Of a DNA stretch of 64,000 nucleotides, positions 1-13,600 are shown piece after piece. The notes under the pieces are model-generated. The model was given only the letters and a program-made list of their open reading frames with translations, did no database searches and had not been told where the DNA came from. The stretch lies in contig NC_045697.1 in NCBI RefSeq assembly GCF_009834535.1, forward strand, positions 42,534,001 through 42,598,000. The letters run 5' to 3'. The stretch's first letter is position 1, and each line of letters opens with the position of its first letter. The translations under genes and the position numbers were made by a program. The stretch is from Camelus ferus. Its lineage: Eukaryota.

Positions 1-579
1 GGTTTCTCTCAGGTTAATTGAGCTGCAATGGGGAAAGAACAGGAAAGAAAGATGTTAAAGGGACTGCATTAGGCACTGAGGGGTGGTGTCAGGTAGTTAC
101 TTGATAAAGACAGGAGAGGATTGGAAAGTCACAGTCCACAGCACCTAGAGGGTTAGGTGTTCAATTTCGGGTTGAGCAGTTGAACAGATGAAGAAATCTT
201 TGAATTTTCTTCACTGACTGGAGACGCAGTGAGCCCAGGTCAGCTTAACTGCTATTGGAAAAGCTACAAAGGTTGTGTGCCTTAGTCCTTTTGTATGTTC
301 TGAGGTTTCCTACGGAAGTAGAGATGTCATTAGTATATTGTGTATTGCTTCTTGCAAATTTTCGTGGGAAAATTAAGGAGCCATAATTCTATACTCTGGC
401 TATATCCCTATGTATTAGAATGACTGTGTAGGTACTGAAGTGGGGAGTGCCTACATACTGTAGTGAGAAGAGTTTCAGAGTTAGAAATCTAAGGCTGAAA
501 TCTTGTTTTACCATGTGCTAGCTAAGCGTCTTGCTTGAGCACCTTAGCATCTGACTGTTTCCTCCTCTGTGGTGATGAA

Positions 580-812
580 GCAGTGTGGTGTAAGGGAAAG
601 AGTGGAGGCTTTGGAGTAGGCAAACCTGTTGCTAAAGCATGCTGGTTCATCTCGTTACTAGCATGTGACCTTGGCTGCTGCTCTTATTCTTTGTGTTCTC
701 TTTAGGATTAATAATATCAACTTCATATGATTATTATTAGAACTAAAGAGATAGTTTATGTACAGTGCTGAATGTGGAGCCTGAAATATTGTAGGTACTT
801 GACATACATTGG
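580..812 (+). mobile_element. MIR SINE relic
   Basis: cagtgtggtgtaagggaaagag...ctttggagtaggcaaacctg...gtgaccttgg...taggtacttgacatacattgg resembles MIR. Confidence 0.6.
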
Positions 813-1258
813 TTTTCTTCCCACAGGATTATTGGGAGGATCCTGTTAAATGGTCATATAAATGAGAAATCCCTTTGTGCAGAATTAAGTCCTGTACAGG
901 AAACCTAGCTAATGCCTAGGAAATAGAATATGAATATAGTATTTAGTTATTCCCATTTATTTTACATTGAAGAAATCTCTGCAGTGACAGTTTCCTAAGA
1001 AATATTTTGCAAATGCTGTAAAATAACATTGAAGGAGTCTGCTTCTTAAGGAAATAGAATAAGTGAAAACATTTTGTAATTACTTATGCTTTTGTGTATT
1101 GTAAAATGATTTATTGATCTCTCAGGGCTGTGAACTAAAATCAGCAGGGCTAGGTGAGTATTTATAGCCTGGATGCTTTTGCTTTTTGATGTAGGAATTT
1201 GTTTTATTTTAAAAATTCTTTAATCAGTTTATCTTTGTTCTTTTATAAAGTTTTGCAG

Positions 1259-1397
1259 TTTGACAGTAAGAAACAATATCTAACTTAGAGAGTTAAGGAC
1301 TATTAATATGTTATCCAATTGGAATTTTAATTTTTGATGAATTGGGAAATGGTGTATGGAATCAACCAAGAGAATCTATCATTAGCACTATGTATTG
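1259..1397 (+). other. WDFY3: Candidate non-coding 5'UTR exon of WDFY3 (acceptor at 1259, or at 1298 for a 100-nt exon)
   Basis: Pyrimidine-rich tract ending ttttgcag at 1258, alternative AG at 1296-1297, donor TTG|gtaaga at 1398, in sequence not recognisable as repeat. The ATG exon begins at an acceptor, so upstream non-coding exons must exist. No transcript evidence is available here. Confidence 0.45.
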
Positions 1398-1776
1398 GTA
1401 AGAACTTCATTAAGAATCTGATTATCTTTTCACCAAAAGACTAAGATGATTTTCCCTTCTCCCATTATTTACAAAATCTAAAGAGGTACACAGCTATGTA
1501 AGCTCAAAGATCTCTAAGCATGTTTCCCAGTGTAATATAAGATAGGTCAAACACTTCCATGTTTGGCTATCATTTAATTCTTTAATTTACTCTCCTTACA
1601 TACTGCTTAAACAACTTCGTTGCATATAAAAGTTCTTGCTGTTCTATTAGCTTTGTATTTACATGCTTAGATTAGACCTATAGGAATCCAAGAAAAGAAC
1701 CCATCTATAAACTGAATTGATCTTTGATAGTCCCTCTCTGTCATTCTCTTCCCCCTCCCCCCAGCACAGACTCAAG

Positions 1777-1778
<2 letters not shown>

Positions 1779-1833
<55 letters not shown>

Positions 1834-1842
1834 TCTATCTAT

Positions 1843-1905
<63 letters not shown>

Positions 1906-1907
1906 TT
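1779..1907. repeat. Compound microsatellite (ATTT)n-(ATCT)n
   Basis: Directly visible; causes ORFs 1717..2031 and 1724..1912. Confidence 0.97.
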
Positions 1908-2062
1908 ACTAAAGTACAGTCAGTTACAGTGTGTCAATTTCTGGTGTACAGCACAATATCCCAGGCATGCATATACATACATATGTTTGTTTTCATATTC
2001 TTTTTCATTAAAGTTTACTACAAGATACTGAACATAGTTCCCTGTGCTATACAGCAGAAACT
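1908..2062 (-). mobile_element. Short 5'-truncated L1 3' end
   Basis: aagtacagtcagttacagtgtgtcaatttctggtgtacagcac...gttccctgtgctatacagcag; close to the copy at 59001-59115 and related to the L1 end at 49906-50060. Confidence 0.8.
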
Positions 2063-2539
2063 TTAAGATTTTTAAATTCAAGTTTAAAGGACAAATGTTA
2101 CTTGTAAAAAGACAATGTGGTGATTAAAACAGAACTTTTTGTGGGACAAGGAGACTATGCTGAGACTTATTTAATCTTCAGTACTTCTTTTTAGTTTTTT
2201 TTCCCTTTCTTCTTGATTTAGAGTCCGTCAATTCTCCTAGGAGCCCTGGTCCTTTTAGTGGGGAATGCAGAATGATGGTCAGAACCAAGACCTGGAGACT
2301 CTGTTGGTACATTGCTACTTGGTGTTTTTACTTCTGGGCCCTGTGAGGGGACAAAGCTAGAAAATAATATGTATCTTTATACATACACACATATGTATGC
2401 ATATACACATTTGTAGGCTTATGCTCCTGTAACATGGATATGTTTGAATCCAGATGTATATTTTAGAATATGAGTTCACACTGATTTCTCATTCCATATC
2501 AATGAGATCACCATCATTCTTCTGTGTGTATGTATACCA

Positions 2540-3210
2540 GTTTATTCATCCTGTCTTCTGTGTTTGGCTATCCAGGTAATATTTTGCAGTTTTAGAGTGC
2601 TGCAGTGAATAAGCTTGTGCATATGTTTTTTTCTGCTGTTGGAGGTATATCTTCAGGATTAATTTAGGAAGTGAGTTTACTGTGTCAGAGGGTAAATGGA
2701 TATGTAGTTTTGCTCGATGTTACCAAATTCCCTTTCTCTGGGGTTGTACTGTCTTGCCGTCCCACCAACAATGTATGAGAGTGCCTCTTTTTCCACAGCC
2801 TTATCAAGAGAGTATATGGTCAAGCTTTTGGAATTTTGCTGATCTAAAGTGCAATGAATTAGTATTGCAATGTAGCTTTAATATGTATTTTTCTTATGAG
2901 TTGAGTTTATATCTTTCCCATCTATAAAAGCCAAATATATATAGGTGAGCCTATCTATTATGTGTCTTCTTCCATTTTTCTCTATGATTTTTGTTCTTTT
3001 TTCCTTCAGTTTTTAAGATCTTTGTATATTAAGAGTATTAGCTCTTCATCTGTAATATATATTTAGAAATATATTCTCCCAGTGTTTTCATTTGTCTTTG
3101 ATTTTGCTTATGGTATCATTTCACCATTCAAAAATTTTTTAAAAGTTTATTATGTAGTCAAATTTATTAATAATTTCTATTTTTGCCCTGGCATTTTGAG
3201 TTATAGTTAG
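2540..3210 (-). mobile_element. Old L1 (L1M-type) fragment
   Basis: tgctgcagtgaataagcttgtgcat...cccaccaacaatgtatgagagtgcc, typical antisense L1 3' region. Confidence 0.7.
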
Positions 3211-5429
3211 AAGACATAATGAATTTGAAATGAATTTGCCGTATTTAGCAGTGAAGGAATGAGGTAGGCATCTATACCAGAGAAATGGAGATAATTCTCT
3301 GCTCTATTTCTCACTGACCCACAATTTTACATTTTAGAGCCTGAACCATAATAATCTATTTCATATGTAGAATATACCAATTGTTTATTTTACTTTTAAC
3401 TCTTTATTGCAGAAAATTTCAAATATCCATAAGATTAACAGTTATATTACCTATCATATAGCTTTAGTGTAGCTTTTAAAGCTACTGTGCCAAATGACCT
3501 AGATTTATAGGTTTTCAGTTACTGTGAATCATCTTTGTAAAGAGGAAACTTTGGACTAGACTTGTAGGCTTTGGCCAACCGGCCTCCCAAGCTCTCTGAC
3601 CTCTTTTCAATGATTTTGACACCAGCCCTGACCCCTTTCAGGCTTCTGTAACTTCACCAGCTCCACAAATATGAAGTGATTAGAAAAAAGGTGAGACAGA
3701 TAATAGATCAGAGACTTAACAATGTTGCCATGGATCAGTGAAATAACTCAAAAGAGGTCCAGTAGACTAATACACTAAAAGTTACATCTTTTATGTCAGG
3801 TCAAAGTAAACACTCTTTAGTGTATACATATGTAATTGTATGTTGTATGTATGTTTTCCATGGTTCAACGTTATTAGAATAGAACCATGCAAACATCTTT
3901 TATCAGTGAATCTCAGAACATAACTTACAGACATGTGCTAGCCAGAATCTGAACATAACACAGAAAACACTGAAAAATTCTAATTTGCTTAATAGGATTT
4001 TCTTTGTACTGCAGTTATTTTAAACTGAAATTATACTGCTTTCATTTGATAGCCTCCATGGAAATTGTTTTATTAATTCAGTGTATTCATTTTCAGTTTA
4101 TCAAGAGTCCATGATTAGTTTGAAAGAATGACTAGAGATCACAAGAGCTCTGGGATTTCTTCGTTTCGTTTTGTTTTTAAGGCCTGTATTCTATTTGGAA
4201 CAGCATTCTTGATACATTGAAATCTACCTGAAGTACAACATTAGAGTTTTAGGTAGCTTTCCTTCCTCCCTAAGTAGATGCCAGCCAGGCATTTGCCAAT
4301 AGCTATATGCTGAGAATATCAGTATTCTTTTGAAAATAACTTTAACAGAGGCAGGAAGGAAAATCAGTGACTTCTTCATCTAATGAGTGTAAATAATTTG
4401 CATAAGTCCACATTTGATTTCGTTTTCTCACTGAGGATAGCAGTGGTAGTGATCATGTCAAGACAGAAAGCTTGCTGGCAAGAAGTGGATGGAGAGGACT
4501 GGTATGACCACAGGGGAATGTTGCTGCCTAGGTCAGTAGTCACTTTTTCCTGTGCCCATTTCTGTGCACTTTTCTGGATGGACTAAATGTTACCTTTTTC
4601 ATGTATTTTGCAATTCCTGACTTGTCATTTTTGCGTTTATCTTGCTTTACTTTATCATAATGTTCACCCCTTTTCTAAAATTACAGCTTGTCCACAAAAG
4701 AGATGCTTTTCTCGTAGCTATCCAGCGTGACGATAAAACATATTCTTGTGATTAATATCTTACCCCTAAATATATGACATGGCTCTACTATTGTGGATTG
4801 GGAACATCAAATGTGATTTCAAGATTGAGTTTATTATTGAACAGAGATTCTTTATTAGTTTTTGAAAGTAGCAGCATTCTTGATTGATTTTAGAAAACAG
4901 CATAGTGAGCAACTGGTTTTGTGCTGTTTGCCAAAAAGCACGTAAGACATTTTCTCCCAGTTCCTGTTAATTGAGGTCTGTACACTTAATGTTTCTACTA
5001 CCAAGAAGTTCTACAGTTTTGATTATTAAGTTTAAATGCACATATTTTTTCTTAGGAATCTCATTTTTAAACAAGTTTAAAGAGAGAGTTCTATATGTGG
5101 AAATAGAAACAAAGTAAAAATAGACAACTAAAACCTTCATGCCTGCAATGAACTTGCCTTTTATTTCCTTGCAGTGTTTCTGAGTTGAGCTTGTCTTTAA
5201 TGCCAAGTTCTTTCTATAAAAACAAAAATCCCTTCATCTAGGTTAGTTTACAAGCTTTTTTTTTTTTTTCAGTTATGCCAGTGGAATTGGATGCTTGATT
5301 TTAATGTTGGCTATATACCTTGAAGGTAGTACTGTATCAGCTTCTATTGATCTGAAATTTTTGTTGTGAGAGGCTTTAGGTCTAATTAAATTCTGTTTCA
5401 GGAATAATATTCAATCTTAAATGCTTTAA

Positions 5430-6793
5430 TTTTTTAAAATTGTGGTAAAGTACATTACCTAAAATTTACCATTTTAACCATTTTAAGTGTATAATTTCAT
5501 GACATTATATATATTCCAAATGTTGTGTAACCATAACCACTATCTATTTCTAGAACTTTTTATTGTCCCAAAACAGAAACTCTACCCACTAGGCAATAAT
5601 TTCCCATTCTCCTTTCTCCTGGCCCTTGGTAACCTCTATTTATGTCTCTACAGAATGTCCATAATCTAGATATTTCGATCTGACTTATTTCACTTAGTAT
5701 GTTTTCAGGGTTCGCTCTATGTTGCAGCATGTATCAGAACTCTGTTCCTTTTTATGGCTGAATAATATTCCACTTCGTATATATACCACATTTTGTTGAT
5801 TCATTAATCAATTGATGACCACTCTGGTTATTTCTAACTTGTGCTCTTGTGAAAACTGCTGCTATGAACATTGGTGTACAAGTACCTGTAAGAGTCTGCT
5901 TTCAGTTCTGCTGGATGTACACATATATATACACCTAGGAGTGGAATTGCTGAGTCATAAAGTTAACTCTATGGTTAACTTTGAGGAACTGCCATACTGT
6001 TTTCCACAGTAGCTGTACCATTTCAAATTATCATCAACACTACACAAGGATTCCAATGGTTCCGCATCTTTGCCAGTGTTATTTTTTGATAATAGCCATC
6101 CTAGTGGATGTGAAGCAGTTTCTCATTTGTGGTTTTGGTGTGCATTTTCTTGATGACTAATGGTATTGAGCGTTCTTTTTCATGTGCTTATTGACTGTAT
6201 ATCTTCTTTGGTGAAATGTCTATTCAGATCCTTTGCCTGTTTTTTAAATTGTGTTGTCTTTTTGATGTTCTTTATATATTCTGGATGTTAAACCCTACTC
6301 AGAGATATGATTTGTGGATATTTTCCCCTTTCTGTGGGTTGTCTTTGCACTCCCTTGATAGTGCCCTTTGATGCACAAAAGTATTTAATTTTTATGAAGT
6401 GCAATTTATCTTTTTTTCCTTTTGATATCTGTGGTTTTGGTGTCATCTTTAAGAAATCATTTTCAAATCCAAGGTCATGAAGAATTGCTCTTAGGGTTTC
6501 TTGTAAGAATTTCATAGTTTTAGCTTTCAAATTAGGTCTGTGATCCATTTTAAGTTTATTTTTGTATGTGGTGTAAGGTAAGGGTCCAACTTCATTTTTT
6601 TGCATGTGGGGTTTCCAGTTTCCCATCACCTTTTTTTTTTTTTTTTAATTCCTTTCCCCATTTAATAGTCTTGAACTCCTTGTTGAAAATCAACTGGGCA
6701 TATATGTGAGGGTTTATTTTTGTGCTCTCTATTCTGTTTATTTAGTCTACATGTCCATACTTATGCCAGAACAATGTTGTTTTGATTACTATA
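5430..6793 (-). mobile_element. 5'-truncated L1 (ORF2 C-terminus and 3'UTR) with target-site duplication
   Basis: ORF 6288..6629 (KAKTMKFLQE...DLGFENDFLKMTPK...FCASKGTIKGVQRQPTE) resembles L1 ORF2p; TSD ttaaatgctttaa (5417-5429) / ttaaatgttttaa (6794-6806). Confidence 0.9.
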
Positions 6794-8639
6794 TTAAATG
6801 TTTTAACTATTTTATCATTTTTAATGTGTGCCTTTAAAAATGTTTCTAATATATATCATCAAATTTTGCATTTAATATTTTCATTTAATTGACAGTACTC
6901 CAGAAAGAACTGCAAGTATCAACTTTATAATGAGTTCTTTTGGAGTTAGGATACCAGGAAAATTAGTATTAAAGCAAGCAAATTTGGGGTTATTTAATTA
7001 AATTGCACTTTCTTTGGAAATTAGAGGGAAAAGCATGAACACACACACACAAAAACGTTAATTGTACTTGCTCACAGAAAGAATAAAAAGAATGAGAAAG
7101 ACCAATTATTCACAAAGTCTGTTAAGTGATCTTTTAATTTCATGTTAAGTGTCACTTTTATTTTAGTTCTGGAAGTAATCTATTTAATGAAACTCTTCAG
7201 GAATTTCATAAAAGAAAATACTGATATTTTGCGAGAAACATTTTTAATAAGGAGCTAGTAATGGCAGACTCTTAATTATTAAACCAGATCTGAATGACTG
7301 TTTATTGGGCTTTTTTGATGTTACAGATATCTAACGTAATGGTACGTCTTTTCAGACTGCAACAAAGATTAGAAAATTAGAACATCAGCTGTTATTTTTC
7401 TTTCTCTGTTGATATGCAGATTTTATTTTTGTTACTTTCTTCCCCAGTAGGTTTGTATTCCCTCTCCTTAAAAGATTATTTCCCCGAGTATTTTAACTAT
7501 AGTCCTTAAATAAATTATTTGGGATTTAGAACTATGATGTAAAAATATTTTGTAACAAGAATAGTGGGTTATAAATTAAAGGCAAAAGCCTCTAAGAAAC
7601 TAAGTTTAAATTTTTAAAAGTTTGTTATATATTAATCAGTTCTGTCCCGTGAAACAATACATAAAAAAGATAGTCCCTCCCCAATAACTCAAATTTTACT
7701 TTCACTTTTTTCTAATAGAGCTCATAGGTTTTTAAAACATTATATAATGGCCAGTCTTGTTTTATCTGTATCTTCACACACTTATCTTACCCTTGCATTA
7801 TTTTGAAACAAATCGCAGACATCACCGCATCAGTAAATATTTTAGTAGTTGTGTGTGTGGGTGTGTGTAGGAACAGAAACTGCTAGCATATAGTTTAGGG
7901 CAAATCCATTCAATAAACAAGTTTTGAATTTCTGCTACAGCCTGGGTGCAGTGGGCTCAGTGGGAGGAATAGAAGAATGTTTAAGGCATGATCTCTGTCC
8001 TGAAGGAGCTTACTTTATAGCTTAGAGCCAGTTCTTAGGTTGAAAATTTATGGGGACTAAAGTCCTGAAGAATTTGAATGCAGTCTTAGAAAAACAAAAT
8101 AGAACTCTTGAGCCAAATAAGAACAGTGTGTTGTATTCTGACATACCTGACTCATGTACTCAAGGAGAGGTAATACAATATCCTTTTAGCCTTTTTATCT
8201 TAAAAGGGAAAAAATAGAACTGTACTTGATATTAGCAATAAAAAATGTTAGAAATATACAAAGAGTTGAGCTTATCAGTTGTGAATGACTTAAGATTTTA
8301 GATTAGGTGAATTAGAATTATGGAAAACCACTTACGCCTTCATCACATTGACTTTACAGCTGCCCCTTTTTCTTAAGGACAGTTGTAACTTTAAAATTCA
8401 TTCTCATTTTCAGAATGTGCTGGTGGTTTTTTTTTTTTTTAATTTAGAAGATAAGCATTATATACCAAGTAAGATTTTTCTTTTATTTGTTTGAAATATT
8501 TTTATATTAGTGTAATTTTCCTTTTTTAGGGGTTTGAGATATTGATGACATTTAATTTCAAGTACAGTCACAGGGTTCTGTTCTTATACCATCTTAATAT
8601 CTATGGATTTCATCTACTCCTTTTTGTCCTTGTTGCTAA

Positions 8640-9185
8640 CATTTTTCAGGCCATCATTCTACCTAAACTAAAAGGCTGCAATTTTCTCTTAACTGTCTGG
8701 ATTAAAGAAAGCTCCTTTGGAGCCCTTTTCCACACTGCAGCAAGAATCCTCTTTGTAGAACGCAATCTGATTTTCTTAACTCTGCTTTTTGAAATTCTCA
8801 GTGTCTCCCACTGACTTTTATAGATAAAGCTCAGAGTATGGCGTATAACACATTCTTTACCCAACTGGTGTTCGTATCCCCAGCCCCTTCCTATGTCATC
8901 TCTCATACTTTCCTCACTCCTTACGTGTAGATATTTATACTCACATCCACTCTTGCCTCCTGCAACAGCTTCTCATCTTCCCCTTCCTTCTTTTGAAATC
9001 TGATACTGTGTGCTATACAGGTAGGGTCTTGTATTTACCTTCTTAAAGCACTTTTATTGTATTACCAAGCTATTTAATGTTATCTCCTCTATGATAGATG
9101 TAGTATCTTATTTGTCCTCTGTGTTTGTGGGGCTGGTGACTAGGACATAATAGGCACAGACTGGTATTTATTGAGTGAATGAATG
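8640..9185 (+). mobile_element. L2 LINE 3' fragment
   Basis: ttccacactgcagcaagaatcc... ending ggtatttattgagtgaatgaatg, the L2 terminus. Confidence 0.65.
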
Positions 9186-9663
9186 TGTGTTAGTTACCTA
9201 TTGCTGTGATATAACTTACCCTACAGCTTTTAAAAAACAAACATTTATTATCTTAGAGTTTCTGTGGGTCAGGCACTCAGGAGTGGTTGAGCTGAGTGGT
9301 TCTGGAATCTCTCATGAGGTTGTAGGCATGAAGATTTGGTCAGGGCTATTGAAGGCTTGCCTGGGGCTCAAGCATCCTTCCAGGTAGCTCCCTCACATGG
9401 CTGTTAACGGAAGTCCTGCCAACAGGAAGCATCAGTTCCTACTGATGTGGACCCTGGGGCTACTTGAGTATCCTCATGACATGGAAGTCAACGTCTTTCA
9501 GAGCAAGTGATCCAAGAGAACAAGGAGAAGCCACAGTGCCTTTATGACATGGTCACTGCCACTATATTCTGTTATGCCACTAAACTTAACTCAGTTAAGT
9601 AGAGACTTAACTTTGAAGTGAAGAGTATCAAAGAATTTGTGGATATGTTTTATAACTACCACA
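9186..9663 (-). mobile_element. MaLR solo LTR, MLT1F-like
   Basis: TG...CA termini, tgtgttagttacctattgctg...aaagaatttgtggatatgttttataactaccaca; 5-bp TSD GAATG (9181-9185 / 9664-9668). Confidence 0.85.
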
Positions 9664-10114
9664 GAATGGAACAGTAATTTATGATTCTTCCTTGGACCCA
9701 ACCAAAATAGGTCATTTTTCCTTTTTATGAAATACATTTGTCCAGGTGAAAACAAATTTAAAAATTATGATTTTATTAAAATATTTTACTTATTCTTGAT
9801 GATACAGAATAACTAGATTGCACATAAATACAATTATTTAAATGAGCTAATTATCTAAATATTTCAAATTTTATTGCAGCTTTTTCACTTAGATTCTGGA
9901 AATAAGAAAGTCATCTAAGTTTTATATTGTCTGTAAAATGAATGAGACAACAGAATTCATGGCTTTAATGTTTATTGCAGGTCTTCAAAAATCTGTGAGC
10001 TATATTTTCACACTTTTAAGAGAGAAAATGATAATCTCTTAAACCTAGTAGCTTAAAACAGTTCAAGTTAATTATATAAAAATGAGTCTTTTAGCCTAAT
10101 ATACGTAGGTTGCT

Positions 10115-11050
10115 CATTCAAGAAAAATTGGAGTTCCTAATGTGTGCCAGATATTTTCCTAGGTACTGGGTATGTATTAATGAATAGAATAGGCATATTT
10201 TTGTCCACTGGGAGTTCATCTGATAGAGAGCAGATAATAAACAGGTAAATAGATACCTGTGGAGGAAATGAAGAAAGTGAAGTGACAGAGGACTATAGGA
10301 AGACAGAAATACTTCCACATTGTTAGAAAAAGCTTGTCAGGGGAAATGACCTTGAAGCTGAAAACTGAAGGAGTTTTCCCTGCCAGGAGCTTACAGGAAA
10401 AGGGAATGCCCTGCAGTGTGAACAGTTGGTGTATGAGGAGTTGAAATGATGCCTGGAGATGTCCAGGAGGAGAATGGAATTAAGTTTGAGAGGTAGAAAA
10501 AGACCATATTATCTAGAGTTTAAGAGGCCATGATAAAGAGTATGGATTTTATTCGGCATATTGGAAACCATTGTAGGCTTTAAGTTGCAATTTGTGCTAG
10601 CCACACACACACACGCACAAATTAAAAAAAAAAAAAGCTTTTTGCCTGCAAAAGAGACAAAGAAATCAAGGAAGTGAGTAAATGGTAAGGAGGCTATTAC
10701 AGCAGTCCACGTGAACAACAATGGCAGCCTGTTCTAGAACGTTGGGAGAGAAGAGGACAGATTTGAGATGTAGTTTGTAGGTAGACCCAGTGAGACAATA
10801 CTCAGGGTTTTGGCTTAAGCAGACTGGTGAATGCTAATATCCTTAAACGAGGTTGGAGCTCAGTGAGAATGGAGATCAGGTTTATTTTTGATAATGTTAA
10901 TTTTGTGATGTCTGCAAGTCATTGAGTGGACGTGTCTGGTGGCAGACAGTTATGCAGTCCTGGAGCTCAGAGATTTGAGAGGAGATATACTGATGGTAAA
11001 GTTGTGCGATGTGATCCTTTCTAAGGAGGGAATGCCCTAGGAACTCCAGC
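10115..11050 (-). mobile_element. L2 LINE fragment
   Basis: cattcaagaaaaattggagttcctaatgtgtgccag...ggaggctattacagcagtccac...ggagctcagag. Confidence 0.65.
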
Positions 11051-11194
11051 TTTCAGAATTTGCGTATGTGGGTAGCATTCTTGCTTTACTTTGTTTAAAA
11101 GAAAAAAAGAAGACAAAACTGCAACACAGTAAGTTTGGTTTATTTCTATCTAATATATATTAAAGGCACGTATGCTTTTTTTTTTTCAGTTTGA

Positions 11195-11412
11195 CAGTAG
11201 TGTGGTACATGAGAAAGAAGTTGTCTCCATCCAGCCACTTGTTGAATGAATAACTAAACCACTTACCAGCTGTGTGACTGGAATTTTACCTCTCTGAGCC
11301 TCAGTTTCCTTATCTGCTAAGGGGAGTAAGAGGAGAGTTGTTTTGAAGATTAAATGAATTAATTTATCTAAAATGCCTAGAACAGTGTCTAGTACATAGT
11401 AAATACTTAATA
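11195..11412 (+). mobile_element. MIR SINE
   Basis: Core ccacttaccagctgtgtgac...ctctgagcctcagtttccttatctg...gaagattaaatga. Confidence 0.8.
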
Positions 11413-12715
11413 TTTTATTTTCCTTTTCCTTTCTCTTAATTTGGTTATATGTGTGGCTGTGAGCAGGGGAGCCATTCTGAAACGATTGTTATATTCAGTG
11501 CTATTCCCCTCATTCTCATATGGTGTTAGAGAGAGAGACAGACATAGACTTACAACATGCTCATTTTTTGTCCTGCTTTTCTCATACTGTCGTAACTCTG
11601 CTGCCTTCAAAAAGGTTATCTCTTAAGTAATGAAACACTAAGATAAAGATTTATTTTGAAATATGTTTGAAATCTAATAAGCAGAAGAATGAAATTAAAA
11701 AACAGTATTGTAAAAATTTCTACTCTTATGTATTAAAGGTTTGTAATTATTAATACAGAATTCTCAATTACATATTATATTGTTTATTGTCAGATACTAA
11801 ATTGGATAATCTAATACTTTGAGGACAAAGATAAAGTGTTAAATTTGAAGCTATAAAGTCTGCTTCTAATTCGTCCTTTCCCTCCCTCCCTCCTTCAGTC
11901 TCTCTGTCTCTTCCCCTCCCTCCCCCTCTCCCTCCAGTTAAAAGCAGTGACTCAAACAAACTCTCTTCATATATGCCCTGCTGTGGAAAATACTCTAAAG
12001 GTGTTCCATTACTTTGAAATATATGGTCATGTGTTTAATATCAAAGGGAAAACATTCATTCTACATGTAATATGACTGGTTTTTTTTTTTTTTTTTTTCT
12101 GTTACCTGAATGTCCCCAGCACAGCTACCAATGTTTTGGAAAGACCAATATGCATTGTACATTAGGGCTTATGGCGGACCTCCTTATCTACTGCCTTACA
12201 TGTGGGACAGCCTGCAAACCTTAGTCCTTTGTTCTCTACTAATATTTCTTGGTTTTTATAGGTATTGGCAAAGTGTTACAAAGAAACCCCTTGTCCTTTC
12301 AAGTACCCTGTGATAAAGTGGAAAATCCCACTTGGTAGATTTGTCACATCCCTGTTAGCTTTCATTTATGAATTTGTATCATTGTAGAATGATATACTAT
12401 ATTTCATCAATTCTAAGATACACTTTTTTCTCATTTGCCGAAGTTTGAAACTAGAATCATCTTGCAGTAGATACAATAGTAAGTTATTGTGTTATTTTTT
12501 TAATTTGCAGTGTTTTTCTTGATGGTACGTAAAATAACAAGTCTTACTACTGATGGTAACTTGGATTTGATGAAATTTGGTAGCCCTTCAGTTGTAAGTC
12601 TCTAGCTATAGAATACATTTGATATTAATTAATGCTTATGTAAAGTAAGAATCTATTTTTTTAAGGTCAGAGCATGTCTATTACATTTATTTTCTACTTG
12701 ATGTTAAGTATAACA

Positions 12716-12924
12716 TAGAGGTCAGCAAACTTTCTCTGCAAAGGGCCACAAAGTAAATATATTAGGCTTTGAGGGCCACAGAATCTCTGTTGCAGCTATT
12801 CAGCTCTGCACAAAAGCCACCTTAGACAATACAAATGAGCATAGTTATGGTCCAATAAAACTTTATTTACAAGAACAGGCTGCAGGCCAAATTTGGCCCA
12901 TGAGATGTAGTTTGCCAATCCACA
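12716..12924. mobile_element. hAT-Charlie MITE, MER58A-like
   Basis: aggtcagcaaactttctctgcaaagggcc...aataaaactttatttac...gtagtttgccaatcc, with degenerate terminal inverted repeats. Confidence 0.85.
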
Positions 12925-13088
12925 GTGGAACATTTTAATGGTCAAAATCACTTCTCAATTCACTCCCCAAAATACTTCTGGGTTATCTGTGGGCCTTTGC
13001 CCACGTATTGTGTGCCTAAAGTGTTCTTCTTGTTCCTGTCAATTGCCTGATCTATTGCGTCTGTTACGCTTACCTAGATCAAGGACAT

Positions 13089-13141
13089 CCAGAAGATAGT
13101 TAACGAACCAGAAGATAGTTCATGAACCAGAAGATAGTTCA
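13089..13141. repeat. 19-bp tandem repeat, about 2.8 copies
   Basis: ccagaagatagttaacgaa / ccagaagatagttcatgaa / ccagaagatagttca. Confidence 0.95.
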
Positions 13142-13398
13142 CCTGTCTCTGTGTGAATGCTCTTTGGTTCAGATTTGTTACCCACTTTAACAAATGACTT
13201 GTCTGTTTGTGGTTTGTTTGTTACTCTGTAGATAAGCTAAGATCAATGAAAAACTATTAACTGATTAATGAGTCAGATTGTTTCATATTGTGCTTGAGAA
13301 GAATAGTTTGTTTTTTTAATGCAATCCTCTGTCTCGATTGTCAGAATTAGTACCAGAAAGTCAGCTATATTGGGATATGCTAATAAAGTTGAATCTGA

Positions 13399-13600
13399 GA
13401 GGTAGCACAATGAAGTCATCAAGAGTACTAACTCTCGAGCCAGACAGCCTGACTAAATCTGGGCTCTGCCACTTACTAGGCTTGTGAACTGGGGCTAGTT
13501 GCTTAACTTCTTTATGCCTCAATTTCCTCTTCTGTAAAATGTGGATAATAATAATACTTATCTCATAGGGCTATTTTGAATATTAAATGAATGAGTACCC
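13399..13600 (+). mobile_element. MIR SINE
   Basis: ggctctgccacttactagg...gcctcaatttcctcttctgtaaaatgtggataataataatac. Confidence 0.85.

Noticed and set aside
1717..2031. ORFs rich in IYLF/IYLS
   Set aside because: Translations of the microsatellite.
13089..13141. CRISPR-like array
   Set aside because: Head-to-tail repeat with no unique spacers or cas genes, in mammalian DNA.
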